Shown here piece by piece: positions 26,480-38,595 of a stretch of 64,000 nt of DNA. Every line of letters starts with the position of its first letter. Within the stretch, counting starts at the first letter, position 1. Source of the DNA: Dicyema japonicum (Eukaryota; Animalia; Dicyemida). A program made the translations under genes and the position numbers. The stretch spans positions 355,837 to 419,836 of the forward strand of contig RDEW01000010.1 of assembly GCA_011109175.1 (NCBI GenBank). The letters run 5' to 3'. Under the pieces are notes generated by a model. It was not told where the DNA came from. It did no database searches and was given only the letters and a program-made list of their open reading frames with translations.

Positions 26480-27517
26480 GTCTCAGAGACCCGTGACCCA
26501 CGTCTTCAGAGGGTAGTTGTTCCTACAACACCTATTCATGATGTCCCCTCAATATGGAATGGTCATATTGACGTGCCTGACGTAGTTGAGGTTTCTGTCT
26601 CAATGCAGTTAGTATCCAAATCTCCTCGTGAATTCAGAAATGTTTGTCATAAAAATCTCATTTCTCAGGAATTACCGCCGAGATTACCATTGAAAGGCAG
26701 GATTTCTCCAAAGTCGACCATTAAGTTAATTAGCGAGATGACCAACTCTGTAAACAAAATGGTTTGAGTTTTTTCTAAATGGCAGGATGCTGTCCTCGTC
26801 ACCTTCAGACCCGAAACTGATAGCCAAGTCGCCAAATTTGAGGATTTAATCGAGTATCTGAAAGAAATCGATCGATGCGGGATTTTGGGACAACTAGGAA
26901 AAGTTGTTAGGGATTTCTACCTCTATCCTCTCTACTCCAACGAGCAGATTCCTCCCACATTGAGTAAGTATCTCCAGAAGGGTAACTTTATGGCTCATTT
27001 TAGATCTGTTTGGGCATGTGCCTAAATGTGGACTGCTGATAGGAATAATCCTAATGCCTCGAATCTCTCCTCCTCTCGTAGTTCCTTCCTTGTTGATGCA
27101 TTATTTCTTAATCCGATTAGGGCTCCAAAATATGTTAAACCTGCTAAAAAAGAGACCACCAAGGAGAGAGCCGTTGCAGCGAGTGAACCTATAGATATCC
27201 AAGCTCTGAATAAATCTCTAGATCTCCAGTTAGATATTTTGCTTAAAACCCATCTTAATGGTATACTAGGCACTAAACCTATTGTTACCGGTAAAGATGA
27301 CCCAGAGTACGTTCCAATATGTAAAAGAAAACGGGACTATGAAGAGGACGATGAAAATGCTAGTAAAAACCTAAAATATGAGCCTGAGTATATTAAACCA
27401 GTGAGTAAACCGAATAAGTCGAGTGAATCCTCGTTAGTCTATGAACCAAAATTGTTCATTCCTCGTGACGATAGTGTTTATGTGCCTGAGTTTTTTTATA
27501 GGCGCAAGAATATTTAA
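26480..27517 (+). CDS. SPOC-domain protein of PHF3/DIDO1/Bye1 type; start codon not resolved
   Basis: Spliced reading WNGHIDVP...ELPPRLPLKGRISPKST...LVTFRPETD...DRCGIL...VRDFYLYPL...LLIGII matches SPOC blocks; RDPR motif upstream; short introns; low-complexity tail ending at 27517. Confidence 0.7.
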
Positions 27518-29459
27518 ACTTTTGTATTTTTAATTTTTTCTTATTATTTTCAAGTAATTCCATTTGTGGGACTTTTAAAATGAGATTAGGGTTGATGTTT
27601 ATTAAAAGGATCAGAAATATGTGTTATCGATGTTCATAATTGATTTTGGATATTCTTTATCTGCTACCTTCTTTTAAAATCTTCAGAGATATTTCGCACT
27701 TTTATCTCAGTTGAAATACGTTATTTATGCCTGGACTATTAATTTGCGTGTATTAAAAATGAAAGTCATGCTTAATGTTTGTAAATGACATAGATTTTCT
27801 AGGTATTCAGAATTGTCGCAAAATTTATTATTTTGAAAGGAATATGTATTATTCAATATTCCAGTTGTTCGATTGATATTCAGGAAGGAAGTTATAAGGT
27901 TAGTTGAGTGGGAAATAGAAGTATAAAAATTTTAGTCAAACACGTTCCTTGATAATAAAATAACCAGTCGTTAAGAATTACGTATGACTTGCATTTGTTA
28001 TTAATCACCATGTGCTCATGGATCTTAAGCATAAAAAAATACTTTTTATTTAGAAAAATTGTTTCATGTCCCCAAATTATCTAAATATACAAGCTAATTA
28101 GTCTATACAGCATGGGGATTAAGGTTCCCGGTCCACATAACACAATGATACATCCCCCATAGCCTCAAAGCCAATTTCCTAAACTTAATACATAGTGATT
28201 CTTTTTTATAAATGAAAATTCAAGTATAACTATTTTAGGTGATCTTACATTAAGCATCTCAATTTCAATCAAAATTAAACATCAAATATTACAAATACAA
28301 ATGTTACCACTGATAATGTTGCTACGACGTATTTTCAGAGAAATAGTTGGTTGAACGCTCAAATGAGTCAATTTTTTCAATCCCATTGTTATTCCGTGAA
28401 GATTCTTTAGATTATAACACGGAAACATACTTGGAGTCCACTTATATATGAACATTGTCGTGTTTGGTATTTTATACCATTTTTTCTCCCTATTATGTGT
28501 AATAGACAGTTACCATTTATTTTTAGGAACATAGGCCAACAAAGCAGTGTAATTTAAGCTGTCTTTTACTTTATTTCTCCCATCGATTCGATAACTACGA
28601 GACATAATATTTTTTTAATAATTAAATTAACAATTCAAATTAATAAAAATACTTTTATTTAAAATCAATTTATTGACAAGTTAGTGATTACTTCGGGAAT
28701 ACCTTTTGATTTCTTTTCTTCCGCTTAATGAGATGCTTAAGTTCTACATGCAGTCATGCCTGATTGAGGCTGGTCATTGTCACATGCTTCCGTTCAAGTG
28801 CCCAACAACACTCAAATACCTGGAACGCAATAAAATGATTGCAAATTATAGTCAAATGCATAGGTCGGTTACATTCCACGCATGTTCTACTTAATTGCGC
28901 GCTCAGTCAGACACGGTCCACATTACTTGAACCGCATGTTGCGTTCAAGATTAAAGTTATTATAGTTATCGCAAATCGGATTACTTATCGCAATTTGTTT
29001 ACACCCTCCATCGATGCACGAATATTGTGGTTTGCCGTTTAAGGTAATTTGATAGTCGAGCAATGATATTCCTAGGCAGTGTCATAGTAGTGCCAGGGTT
29101 GTAAAAATAAAAGCAAAAATATGGTAACAGTGGTTAGTATGTCATATTATAACAATGGTCCTGGATCCGATTCATTCTAATAGTTACTTGATTGAAGGGT
29201 TCTCTTAGTTTTTTTCATTATCTCCCTTAATTCTACTATGGTAGCACATGTGATCTATCTTTTAGATGACACCCAGCGTCAAGATGTCACGCAACAAATC
29301 ATTTGTTCTTCCTCACACCAATGAATGGCTCACCACAACCGGAAGCGATGGATACTTTCTCCTATTTCCCCCTGTTTCTTGTGCGTGATTTTGGAAGGTC
29401 TCATATGCACTGTGGGAATTACATAAATTTAATTAGTTTACTATAAAATTCATATTTCT

Positions 29460-29790
29460 CGTACGCGTGTGCTTCGTGGGGACATTCATTATCATGGACG
29501 AACACTAAGAAAATTGAGGACGTTCAAAAAAAGGCTTTCAGAATGACGGAGCGGTGGTCTTGTGGGAGACACAGAACCAGACCGACTACTCTGGAGGCTC
29601 TCATTAAACAAAACTCCGGCATGCGGTAAGGTGGCTCTCCAAATAAAGTCATCCGCCCTGTACGAGCTTGTGTGGGTACGAGGGAGGAGCACCGGGAAAG
29701 AATGAGGATTTTGGCGGAGCGCATCGGGATCACGTGATAGTTAGTTTTGGTTTTACCGTGGTCTTGGGTGTTAAATAAATAATTAATTAA
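29460..29790 (+). mobile_element. Ingi/Vingi- or I-like LINE 3' end
   Basis: YACASWGHSLSWTNTKKIEDVQKKAFR, then tail ccgtggtcttgggtgttaaataaataa. Confidence 0.65.
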
Positions 29791-29819
29791 ATTTTTTTAA
29801 TTAAATGGATAAGTTATTT

Positions 29820-30100
29820 ATAGATTAAGGTAGTCCAATTTCCCATTGGCTACTTGGTCGGTGGTTTCTCTGTTCTTTCGTTCAACCAGAGAGGTGTTAT
29901 GAGATTCGCCCTCTCTCGGGGGGTCATTTTCCCTCCGCACCATTAATCGAAAGTTTTCAAAGTTAAAGAACTGTTTCTCTCTCTTATGGTTTGGATTGAC
30001 TTGGAAAGATTGTGAAAGGTCTCCATTTTCCGTCCGTGGAAACTGGATACTTTTAATTTTTTGTTAATTTCATTTTGGTGTATCCGGGATTAATAAGATA
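29820..30100 (+). mobile_element. SINE family B, degenerate copy
   Basis: Ends gtggaaactggatac...ggtgtatccgggattaataa, as in 33810-34120 and 48590-48895. Confidence 0.55.
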
Positions 30101-31209
30101 AACTTAGTAATGACACTTTCGGGTATTATCGACTTTCGTTGTTTTAAGCTATTCAACGTAAACAGGAGTTAATTCTAAATTTAGAAGACATCCGAAAAAA
30201 TCACCATGAAATTACAAAAACCGTATTTATTCATAAAACACAGTATTCTTTTATCCTTTTCTGTATAAGACACATTACATCTTGATGACTCAGCGAAAAA
30301 GTGACCCATGAGAAACACGCTTTTACAATGTGGACATGTCCTATCTCTGGATAGAGTTAAGGTTAACATCCCTTCGCTTGTCTGGACCACTGAGACTCGT
30401 TATGTGCATGGAGGACCCATGGAAACGACTAAGTTGGTAGCAGGCTTCCCAGGCTTCCACAATGTAGAAATGATTTGACTCTAAAACCAACGCATTGAAA
30501 TGCAGCAGAAACATCACAGTAATCAACAGTAGAAATATCGAAAGTGAACGATAATTGCTTGATGGACAGTTAATTTTTGGACCATTCGTCTTTGAAACAT
30601 CACTCATAGGAAGCATGTCACTGAATCTGCTAAACATCTTTCATCGCGAAAAGGAAAAATGATAGAAAGTAACTGGCTCATTGAATTTATTGCCTTGCAA
30701 ATCGTCAGGGGAAATGCGTTCTAAATTATGGGAGCAGCCAGTTGTTAACTGTTGCTTTAAATTTTAGTATTGCTGTTATGGAAATCAAATCAAAATATGC
30801 ATGAAATCACTAATTCAGAAAGACCCGGTAATATAAGTAAAACCACAAAGGGAATCTATTTTGTGTGTAATGATATAGAACTAAAATAATGAATATTATC
30901 TATCCAAGTGTCTACAATGACAAAATGACGCACGACATTCATAAAATTTATTGATTACCAATAAGTCTTTGTTTACGAATTTCGAAATAGCTGACACCAT
31001 TCTCAGTGGGAAGAGCAGTAAAAGATTACCACCCTGTCAGTGTCTGCCTCCTAGATCTCTCATCAAGCTAGTACATTCATTTTATCTCTCGATCCTGAAG
31101 CAATAAAATAAATAAAAATAAAATTTCATAGATTAAAGAATAATTATTAATAATCAAAACTCAAATTTATTTAAAATATCCGTGGAAGATAAATTTAATA
31201 TTAAAATTA

Positions 31210-31222
31210 GTTGCTAGGAGAC
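31210..31222 (+). promoter_or_regulatory. RFX X-box-like site upstream of CEP97
   Basis: GTTGCT-A-GGAGAC, 22 nt upstream of the ATG. Confidence 0.55.
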
Positions 31223-31244
31223 AATTATTAATTTAGTGAAATTA

Positions 31245-33428
31245 ATGTCCACTCTAGAAACTCAGACAAATTTGAGAAAGTTAAAGCATGAAAATGAAAA
31301 TATTTCCCGAATTGAAGGATTTGAAAAATATCCAATTCTTGAATCTGTAATAAAGTCCTAAATATTTAGCTTTCCTTGGCTTTCAACAGAATTGTAGTTA
31401 TCGAGAATTTAGGCTTTTTGAGAAAGCTCAAATACCTAAATCTATCGAATAACTCAATCACAACCGTTTCTGGTTGTCTTGCAAATTATTGTAGGGCTGA
31501 ATAATTTGACAAACTTGGAATGGCTCGATCTGTCAGACAATAGCATCCAGGTCCAGTAATCTTAATCAAATTAGGATTCGAGCGAATTAAATTCAAACAG
31601 AAAATTGAAATTTCTGAAATTATCCGACAATGCCTTGGAATCTCTCCCAAATCTCGTTCTGTTAGAAAACCTTAAAGTATACTTACACTAATCCTCAAGG
31701 AACTCTACTTGTGTGGGAATATGATTTCTTCAATTGTTGATGCTCAAAACAATCTACCAGACTCACTTCAGGTTCTTTCCTTGATGAACAACGACATCGA
31801 AGACATCAATCAGGTTTATTCGATTAAAAATGGTAGTTCTCTCACCTCCTTTTCCTCAAATCTCTTATAAAACTACAAATTGAGAGCAATCCATTAACTT
31901 ACGCGACGAAGTAAGGTTTGATTTAACTCAAGCTACACTCCCGAGATTTTAAGGCACGTGACTGGTCTGCCGCATTTATCAATTGATGAGGCCCTCTCTA
32001 CAGGTACTAGCTGCTCATATTTGAGGATAAATATTTCTACTCTCGACAGTACAGAGAATAAAGTACATTTTGGTCACTTATGGTCAGCCCCAGGCAGATG
32101 TCCTCGTAATAAATTCAGTGGAAAGTTCCGTGGACAACGAAAGCTCGACTTTTGACTTTAATTCACTGGATCAATGTATTTTTATGTAATATTTGAGTTT
32201 TGGAGGACGATCAAATCAGTTTGGACACTCTTACCTTCCAACACGATGAAAGTAACCCAGTAAATGACCTCGGAAAAAGCAATAGATCAAAACCATCCGT
32301 TTCTGGTTCGAATGGTAATCTCAGTGTAAACTCGGGTCAGCGAAAGGCGGCAAATTCACGAGAAAATGATTCTGTCAATTCGTTTGATTCAGCTTCTATA
32401 AAGTCAAACAATAGCTTCGATGCTCGTGAAAACAGACCGTTAAAGTCTCTCGATCCTCATGTATGGGAGAGGGAGGTTTCCGAAAATTCTCAACTCTCTG
32501 ATAATACTCCACTAAAACCTAAATCGGCAAAGAATTGTGTTAGATCAGCGGAACGATCTGGAATCCCCCTAATGGCCTGCTTCAAAAAGACTCAGAAAAG
32601 TCAAAGGCCAGCATCTCCCGTAAAAAGTCAAAGACCGACTTCATCAAAGGCCAATTTCAAGTCTACCTCTAAATCTACTGAAATAAAGAAGAAGGCTGTG
32701 AGAAATGATACAAATCACGTGGTTATCATTCAGTCTACAATTCGGGCTATTTTATGCCGAAAGACACAAAAATCCAAAAATAACAGAAAGTAAAGAAAAA
32801 GCAGAAGAATTGACGAACGCAGATAGGCAAATGATTGAGCTTCAAACACAGGCTATTCGAAGGCTGTGGCACGAGGTTACTCACTTGTAGAATTTTTAGA
32901 TTGAGGGGTTGAAAAAATGGAAGGAAAACATTGAGAAATCTTCACTAAAGGGTGAATCAAATTTCGCAGTTTCAATCATTTCCTCGAAAATAACTGATAA
33001 TGGTTACGGAAAGCTTAAGATATATGAGATAAGAGACTCATCCGTGTCTCCAGTCCCCCCTTTTAGTAACTTTGCTTATTTATTTAAGATGGAAATGAAT
33101 CATTGCTTCCAGGAGTGCCGACAGCCCCATATGGAATGCGTCATATTATTGATGGCGATATTGTCATTCTAAGTTGGATGCCGTCACTCGTATTTAACGA
33201 AATCAACAATCATTCTCCACGTGGAATGCTGGGGTACCGAATTTGTATAGATGGAGTACCACGAGGATGTGTATACTGTACAGTAAACGCTGTGAAAATA
33301 ATTGGATTTGAAACAAACGTGGAATACAAGTTCAAGCATGTTGATTACTTTATAGATTGCACATAACTGCCTTTTCTACTTTGGGCGAATCAGCTCATTC
33401 GGAACCTGTTTTTGTTACAATTTCTTAG
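31245..33428 (+). CDS. CEP97: Centrosomal protein 97 (LRRs, IQ, coiled coil) with C-terminal FN3 domain; apparent frameshift near 32775
   Basis: Spliced LRRs LEWLDLSDNSI and LYLCGNMISSIVDAQNNLPDSLQVLSLMNNDIEDINQ; IQ motif IQSTIRAILCR; QAIRRLWHEI; FN3 LSW...GYRICIDG...LHITAFSTLGESAHSEP. Confidence 0.88.
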
Positions 33429-33809
33429 ACTTAATGATTTGTTATTTTAAAAATATTCGATAAATTGTTTTTTCAGATAAAATTGTTCAAGTTCGTACGT
33501 GGTTCTTTCAATTTCTGGCTGGACGCGATTCGAAACTGGATCTTTTGTGGATCTGACACTTTTTTTGTTTAGAACTTCTTTTTGATGTCTCATAAGTGCA
33601 TCATATCTCCATGATCACAAGGAGAATGATATTTCCATAAATAAGAAAAGCAAAAATTTAGTTCAATACAGGTAAGTAACCACTTCAGCATGGCTAATAA
33701 GTAAAATATTAAAATAATTTGAACTAATCAAATTAACCACAAAAATATAAATTTGTAACAAAATCAGACGCAATAAAATTATATAAAATTTTTTAATCAA
33801 TAGGTTTTT

Positions 33810-34120
33810 TTATTTATTAACCCCGGATACACCGAGAAAGAAGTGAAAGTAAACAACTAATTAAGTGTATCCAGTTTCCACTTCTACAGAAACAGAGTCC
33901 ATCCGGAATCAACATAAAAGATACAAGAAGTCCATACGTGCAGTTGTGGAAACCCCTCCAGTAGAGTGGGGGAGAGCAAATGATCCTTTTTCGTGCCGGT
34001 CAGGCACTGGGCGCCACCTAGACAGGTAAATCACACGACGCCACTCTAATAGGAAGAGAGAGGGGAAACAGACAAACAAACATAAAACTTAAACCAATTA
34101 GCCACGCATCACCACATGGC
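33810..34120 (-). mobile_element. SINE family B (HDV-like fold plus Ingi-type 3' tail)
   Basis: High identity to 48590-48895 and 57880-58160; tail ctcggtgtatccggggttaataaataaa. Confidence 0.85.
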
Positions 34121-34129
34121 TAATAATTT

Positions 34130-35785
34130 AATTTTAATTTTTTAATTTTAATAACCCCGAAAACACCGAGAAAAAAGACAAAAGAGTCAAACAGTTAGGT
34201 GATCCCAGTCCCCACAATCAATTGTGCCATTCGACGTCTGTGATCTTCCATTGTCCCTTACTTTCCGGAAGAACCTTCTTTCGGTCTTGCAGAGGGATCC
34301 GATCGGGAGGGGAATTTCCTATCCAATCTGTTTTCTCTTGCCATGGAAATGATCAGGCGAAGCAGGTTTCCATTTTCCTCACAGACGAGAAGAAATCCGG
34401 AACCACGACTACGGGTTTAGCTTCCATGAGTAGTGGGTCGACTGTTGATCCATCACGTGGATCTTGTTTAGAGTTTTCCAGAAATGTCGGGATGAACTTT
34501 TCCTGTCGAGGTGGTTAACTAGATGCTGCCATCTCTTGTCCTTTTGTTCTTTTATGCTCTTACAGATCCTCTTATTTAGTTGTCTGAGGGCTGTCAAGGA
34601 CTCCAGGTCCATCAGATAGCATCTCTTCACCGGTCTTTTTGTTTCATAAGACTTATTGTATAAGAGTTGAGGGTAAGAATAAACTTCTTGTATGACGATA
34701 CAGGAATAAAAATATGGTCAGCTTTCTGAATGGCAGCGCTGCTAATTTCTGCGGCCTCATCAATAGAGCACATTGGGAAGGATAATCTCCGGGCCAGGAA
34801 TTTATCCACAAGGTTACTGAAACCGGACCAGTCTACCTTCACATAATCCTTTAATCTTTTTGATTCCACCGGACATCTCATTTATCGTCGAAGACCTTTC
34901 AATTTTAGAAAGATTGGATTGTGTTCACTGGAGAAGCTGTAAAAGACGTTCCAGGAAATGAGTCCAGCCAGGTAAGGTGAGCATAGTGTTAAATCGGGGA
35001 TGTGCAGCTATCAGTCATCCTTAATGGAGTCCTCGTATGTGAGTTAGGGTTGTTCAGTATAATCAGGTGGCAGGAAGATAATTTGTAATGAGTTCTCCTC
35101 AGTTATCAGAGGATTGGGAAGTGAGCCAAACTGGATGTCGTGTATTAAGATCCCCACATAACAGTAGATTTTTCAATGTTAAAATGCGTGATAAATCAGG
35201 GATGTAAGAGGTCAAACACGATCCTTGTGGAGGAATATATAAATTAGCCAAATGGATCCAAAAGGACGGGAATAACTCCATTTTGACAGTAATCTGCTCC
35301 AAAGTCTTGTCGGAGCCAAGAAGCTCTGAGGTTCGTTGAGTTGTATCCATAAAAGGAATATCGTTCTTTATAATAGTAAGTAGTCCTCCTCCGCGTCCTC
35401 CCTGACTATCTTTACGGATCACTTTGTATCCGGGAAAAGAGTGTGTTGGTGTGGAGGGAGATAGCTTGGACTCCTGTATTAAAGCGAGATCAGCCCATTT
35501 TCGCGGAGGAGTGCCCGGAGTTCAAAGATTTTCTTCCTGATCCCATTCGTGTTCAGTTGTATAATTGTATTTCTCCATGCCAGGATTGGTTTCGACGTCT
35601 CCACATAAAAGAATCAGAAGTCTGGACAAGTGGCGACACCAGATAGAGTCGAAGACACACGAGTTGAGGGACCACCGGAGGGTGGGGAGAAGCTGTTGGC
35701 TCTTTTCGTTCCTTTTTGGAATGGGCACACCATTTCTGGTGAGCCACATGACACCACGCTAACATTTTCCCCTATGCTCATATTT
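34130..35785 (-). mobile_element. Ingi/Vingi-like LINE: 5' structured RNA, 2A-like peptide, APE, internally deleted RT, 3' tail
   Basis: LLILLCGDVETNPG; IIQLNTNGIRKK, DLALIQESKL, GGRGGGLL, NLYIPP, LCGDLNTRHPVW; WQHLVNHLDRKSSSRHFWKTLNKI; tail ctcggtgttttcggggttattaaaa; no ORF1. Confidence 0.8.
35697..35755 (-). ncRNA. HDV-like ribozyme-type fold at the LINE 5' end (candidate)
   Basis: P2 tggctc/gagcca, P3 acc/ggt, P4 ttcc/ggaa and a CGAAAA junction align with the SINE B fold; P1 weak in this copy. Confidence 0.5.
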
Positions 35786-36660
35786 ATTATTATTTAAGCC
35801 AAAGAAACACCGTCTTAACCAATAACTAATATTCAGGTTATCCCGACATCTCTCAATAATCGGGCCATTTTTTCTCGATGCTCCGACTGTGACCCCACAC
35901 ATTTTCTATACGGACGGGGTCTTTTTCTCCTCCTCTTCTGAAATTGCCTCCAGTTGACTTTATGATAGACTCGAGTGTTCTGGGGCAATTTCTTTATCTG
36001 TATATTTTTCCAGTAAATTGATTGCTCTTGACATGATCTTTTGAATTTTTATTAGGTTCGTTGCCGCCAGATTAGAACCCCACACAGCACATGCATACCC
36101 TATTGTTGGGTCGATATTCTACTTGTAGTGGGTCCCGATACCTGGCAAATAAATTCCTCCACAGTTCCCAAGAAAGGCTATTACAAAATTGATATTTTTT
36201 GCACAGGTTGATTTGATGGATTCCACATGGACTGAGAAGCAGAAGAAAGTATCAAAAGTTACTCCTCGTGGTATAGGTACCATTTAACGTGACATCAATT
36301 GTTTGCGTTCCCATCTTTCTATACTGAGACATGCATTTATTCGATTTTCGCACAACCATACATATATCTCATTTAGTATTCCTTGTAGTCTTTCTTTAGC
36401 ATGTTCGACAATTTTGTCCCTAGATGCGACAATTATATCATCGGCATAGGAAGGTAGCATGTCATTATTATTCATAAGATCGGGGGGATTATTCAGAAAC
36501 AAATTAAAGAGGATTGGTGACAAAAGAGATCCCTGGGGTACACCATTGGATAGTAATCTCGATCTGGAACTCTTGTTTCCGACGGACACTTTCCCTCGGC
36601 GTCCACTTAAGAAATTTGCTATAATAAATTATTTGAATTTAATAGTATAATTTTCAACAC
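35786..36660 (-). mobile_element. APE-type LINE, RT C-terminal half with (TAA)n tail
   Basis: GVPQGSLLSPILFNLF, YADDII, YACAVWGSNL; ends ggcttaaataataataaa directly upstream of the previous element. Confidence 0.85.
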
Positions 36661-37424
36661 TTTTGTCTAACAAATAAATTACCAAAATACCTAAAAAATT
36701 ACTCGAGATACAAAAAGACTCCGACCCAGTTATGAAGAGCAGTTCAAGATACCCGTCCTCGCCGGTTTAGACCTCCTTAGTGATCTGAGAACACTTAGTT
36801 GGAACATGCAGATTGAGAGATTATTGAATACCAATAAGAGAATTTACACATAATGCATATTCAAAAGACAAAAAAAGTAGAAAGTTATTCATAAAATCGA
36901 TTATAGACTTATACGGCATAGGAAATTGATATTAAATCCCATAGTTGATCAGAAAGGAAACGTATACATGGGAATTTTTAATTTCTTAAAAATTAAACAT
37001 AGTCTTTTACAGCCAATAATTTCGCCATCTTTTTTCACCCTCTTTCTACAAGAAAAGGAAACCGGTGGCTAATAGGAAAATAACCTTCTTAGAGCTCTAT
37101 CAGGTTGGTTTCATGTGGGTCACCTGATCTCGGAAAAAACTACCTATATTTGCGGCGAACATACCAATGTCGAACCAAATAGTTTGCTTTATAGTTGCTA
37201 CGGGACGAGAGCCTAGCATCCACTCCCAGATTTCACCATTTAACTCATTGAAAAGACAGAAATCATTCAAAATATTCAAAAATAGTTGTCTTTAAGTTGA
37301 AATCATTTCTTGACTATCCAGTAACCTTTTCTTCAAAAAATCAAAATAACTACCTCTTCACAAATTTATATAAAGATTAGGACAGTAGTCGGAATGGACA
37401 GTATTGTGCGCCAGAAAAAATACA

Positions 37425-37705
37425 GATACTTCCAGGTCCGATTCTCGTTGCTGTTTATCTGGTTGAAGGTTCCACACATCTAAGAAGCTTCCTGGCTTGA
37501 CGAGTGACGTCGTCATCAGTAGTACCTTATTTGGGAAATGGATTATCTACAAGCATTCAAAAACAACCAAAAGAAAAAAGCAGTTGAGAACATGCCTTGG
37601 ACACTTTTTAGCGATTAGCAACATAACTATTCTCTACTCTAAAAATAAACCATGTGTCCAGCACATGCGGAGTTCAAAGCAGTATGGCTTTTGTGCTGCT
37701 ATTAT
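37425..37705 (+). mobile_element. SINE family A, diverged copy
   Basis: Core ggttgaaggttccac..cttgacgagtgacgtcgtcatcagt and tail gcacatgcggagttcaaagcagtatggc. Confidence 0.75.
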
Positions 37706-37893
37706 TGGGACAGTTGCAAGGGCATAGAACTATAAAAACGTCGAAAAGAGTCCTCTGGGACAGGTGAATCGTCAAAAATCAAGAGGGAAAGACAGAGACT
37801 TGTTAAGATAAGATATTTTGACTAATTTGGTGGAAATAAGGAATATAGACACATCTAAGACAAATATTAGTCAAATATTATTAAAAGAAATAA

Positions 37894-38595
37894 TTACTCA
37901 GCCGACCATTTCAACAAATCATCAAGTTCATTATCTATTATATTAAGATGATGCCCACCATTCTCGACAGCAGGATCTTCCAGTGGTACATGGGGCAGAG
38001 AAACCTCCTCTTTGGCCTCTGGCACAGTCACATTTTTCGTCAATTCAGCAAATTCTGCCATAAGTTCGCTCTATAGGACTTTAGAGAATCAAAATTACAT
38101 CGTCAAAAGTTTGGAAGCCCACTTGTGTGGAAATCAAATTAGAGAGCTCATCAGAGATTTCCCGTTGTTCAGCGATATCGTCTATAAGATTATGCACTTC
38201 CTCGGTGTCACTAAACCATGAATTTAAGGGCAATACATCCCACCAGCCGTTTTAAGAGCCCGAGATGCCTGGGACATCACAGTAATCACTTCTTTGTTCA
38301 TTTCAGCGTTTTCTAAGCTTTCAAGTTGCATTTCAAGTGTAGTTATGTATCCGTCAAGTTTCTTTAAATTATTTTCCAATCTTTTCTTCCGCTTTAAAGC
38401 AGCAAAACCGCCTCTTTTATCTTGATTAGCAGCACACCGTTTGGCAGTAGCAATCTCTTTTTCAATATTTTTGTTGATATATTCTTCCTTCTTCTTCATT
38501 ATTTCTACAGTCTCTCTGATATTTTTTGCGCTATCTTCAATTTTTGGAGCTGATCCATCAGATTTTTTGCCAAATATTCTATCCAACAACCCCAT
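37894..38595 (-). CDS. CHMP4: ESCRT-III subunit CHMP4/Snf7, 4 exons
   Basis: MGLLDRIFGKK, KKEEYINKNIEKEI, ALKRKKRLE, TLEMQLESLENA, VHNLIDDIAEQ, ELDDLLKWSAE*; introns of 26, 28 and 22 nt. Confidence 0.93.

Noticed and set aside
36700-37420. Candidate exons on either strand downstream of CHMP4
   Set aside because: Open stretches with splice-like sites, but no recognisable domain; unresolved
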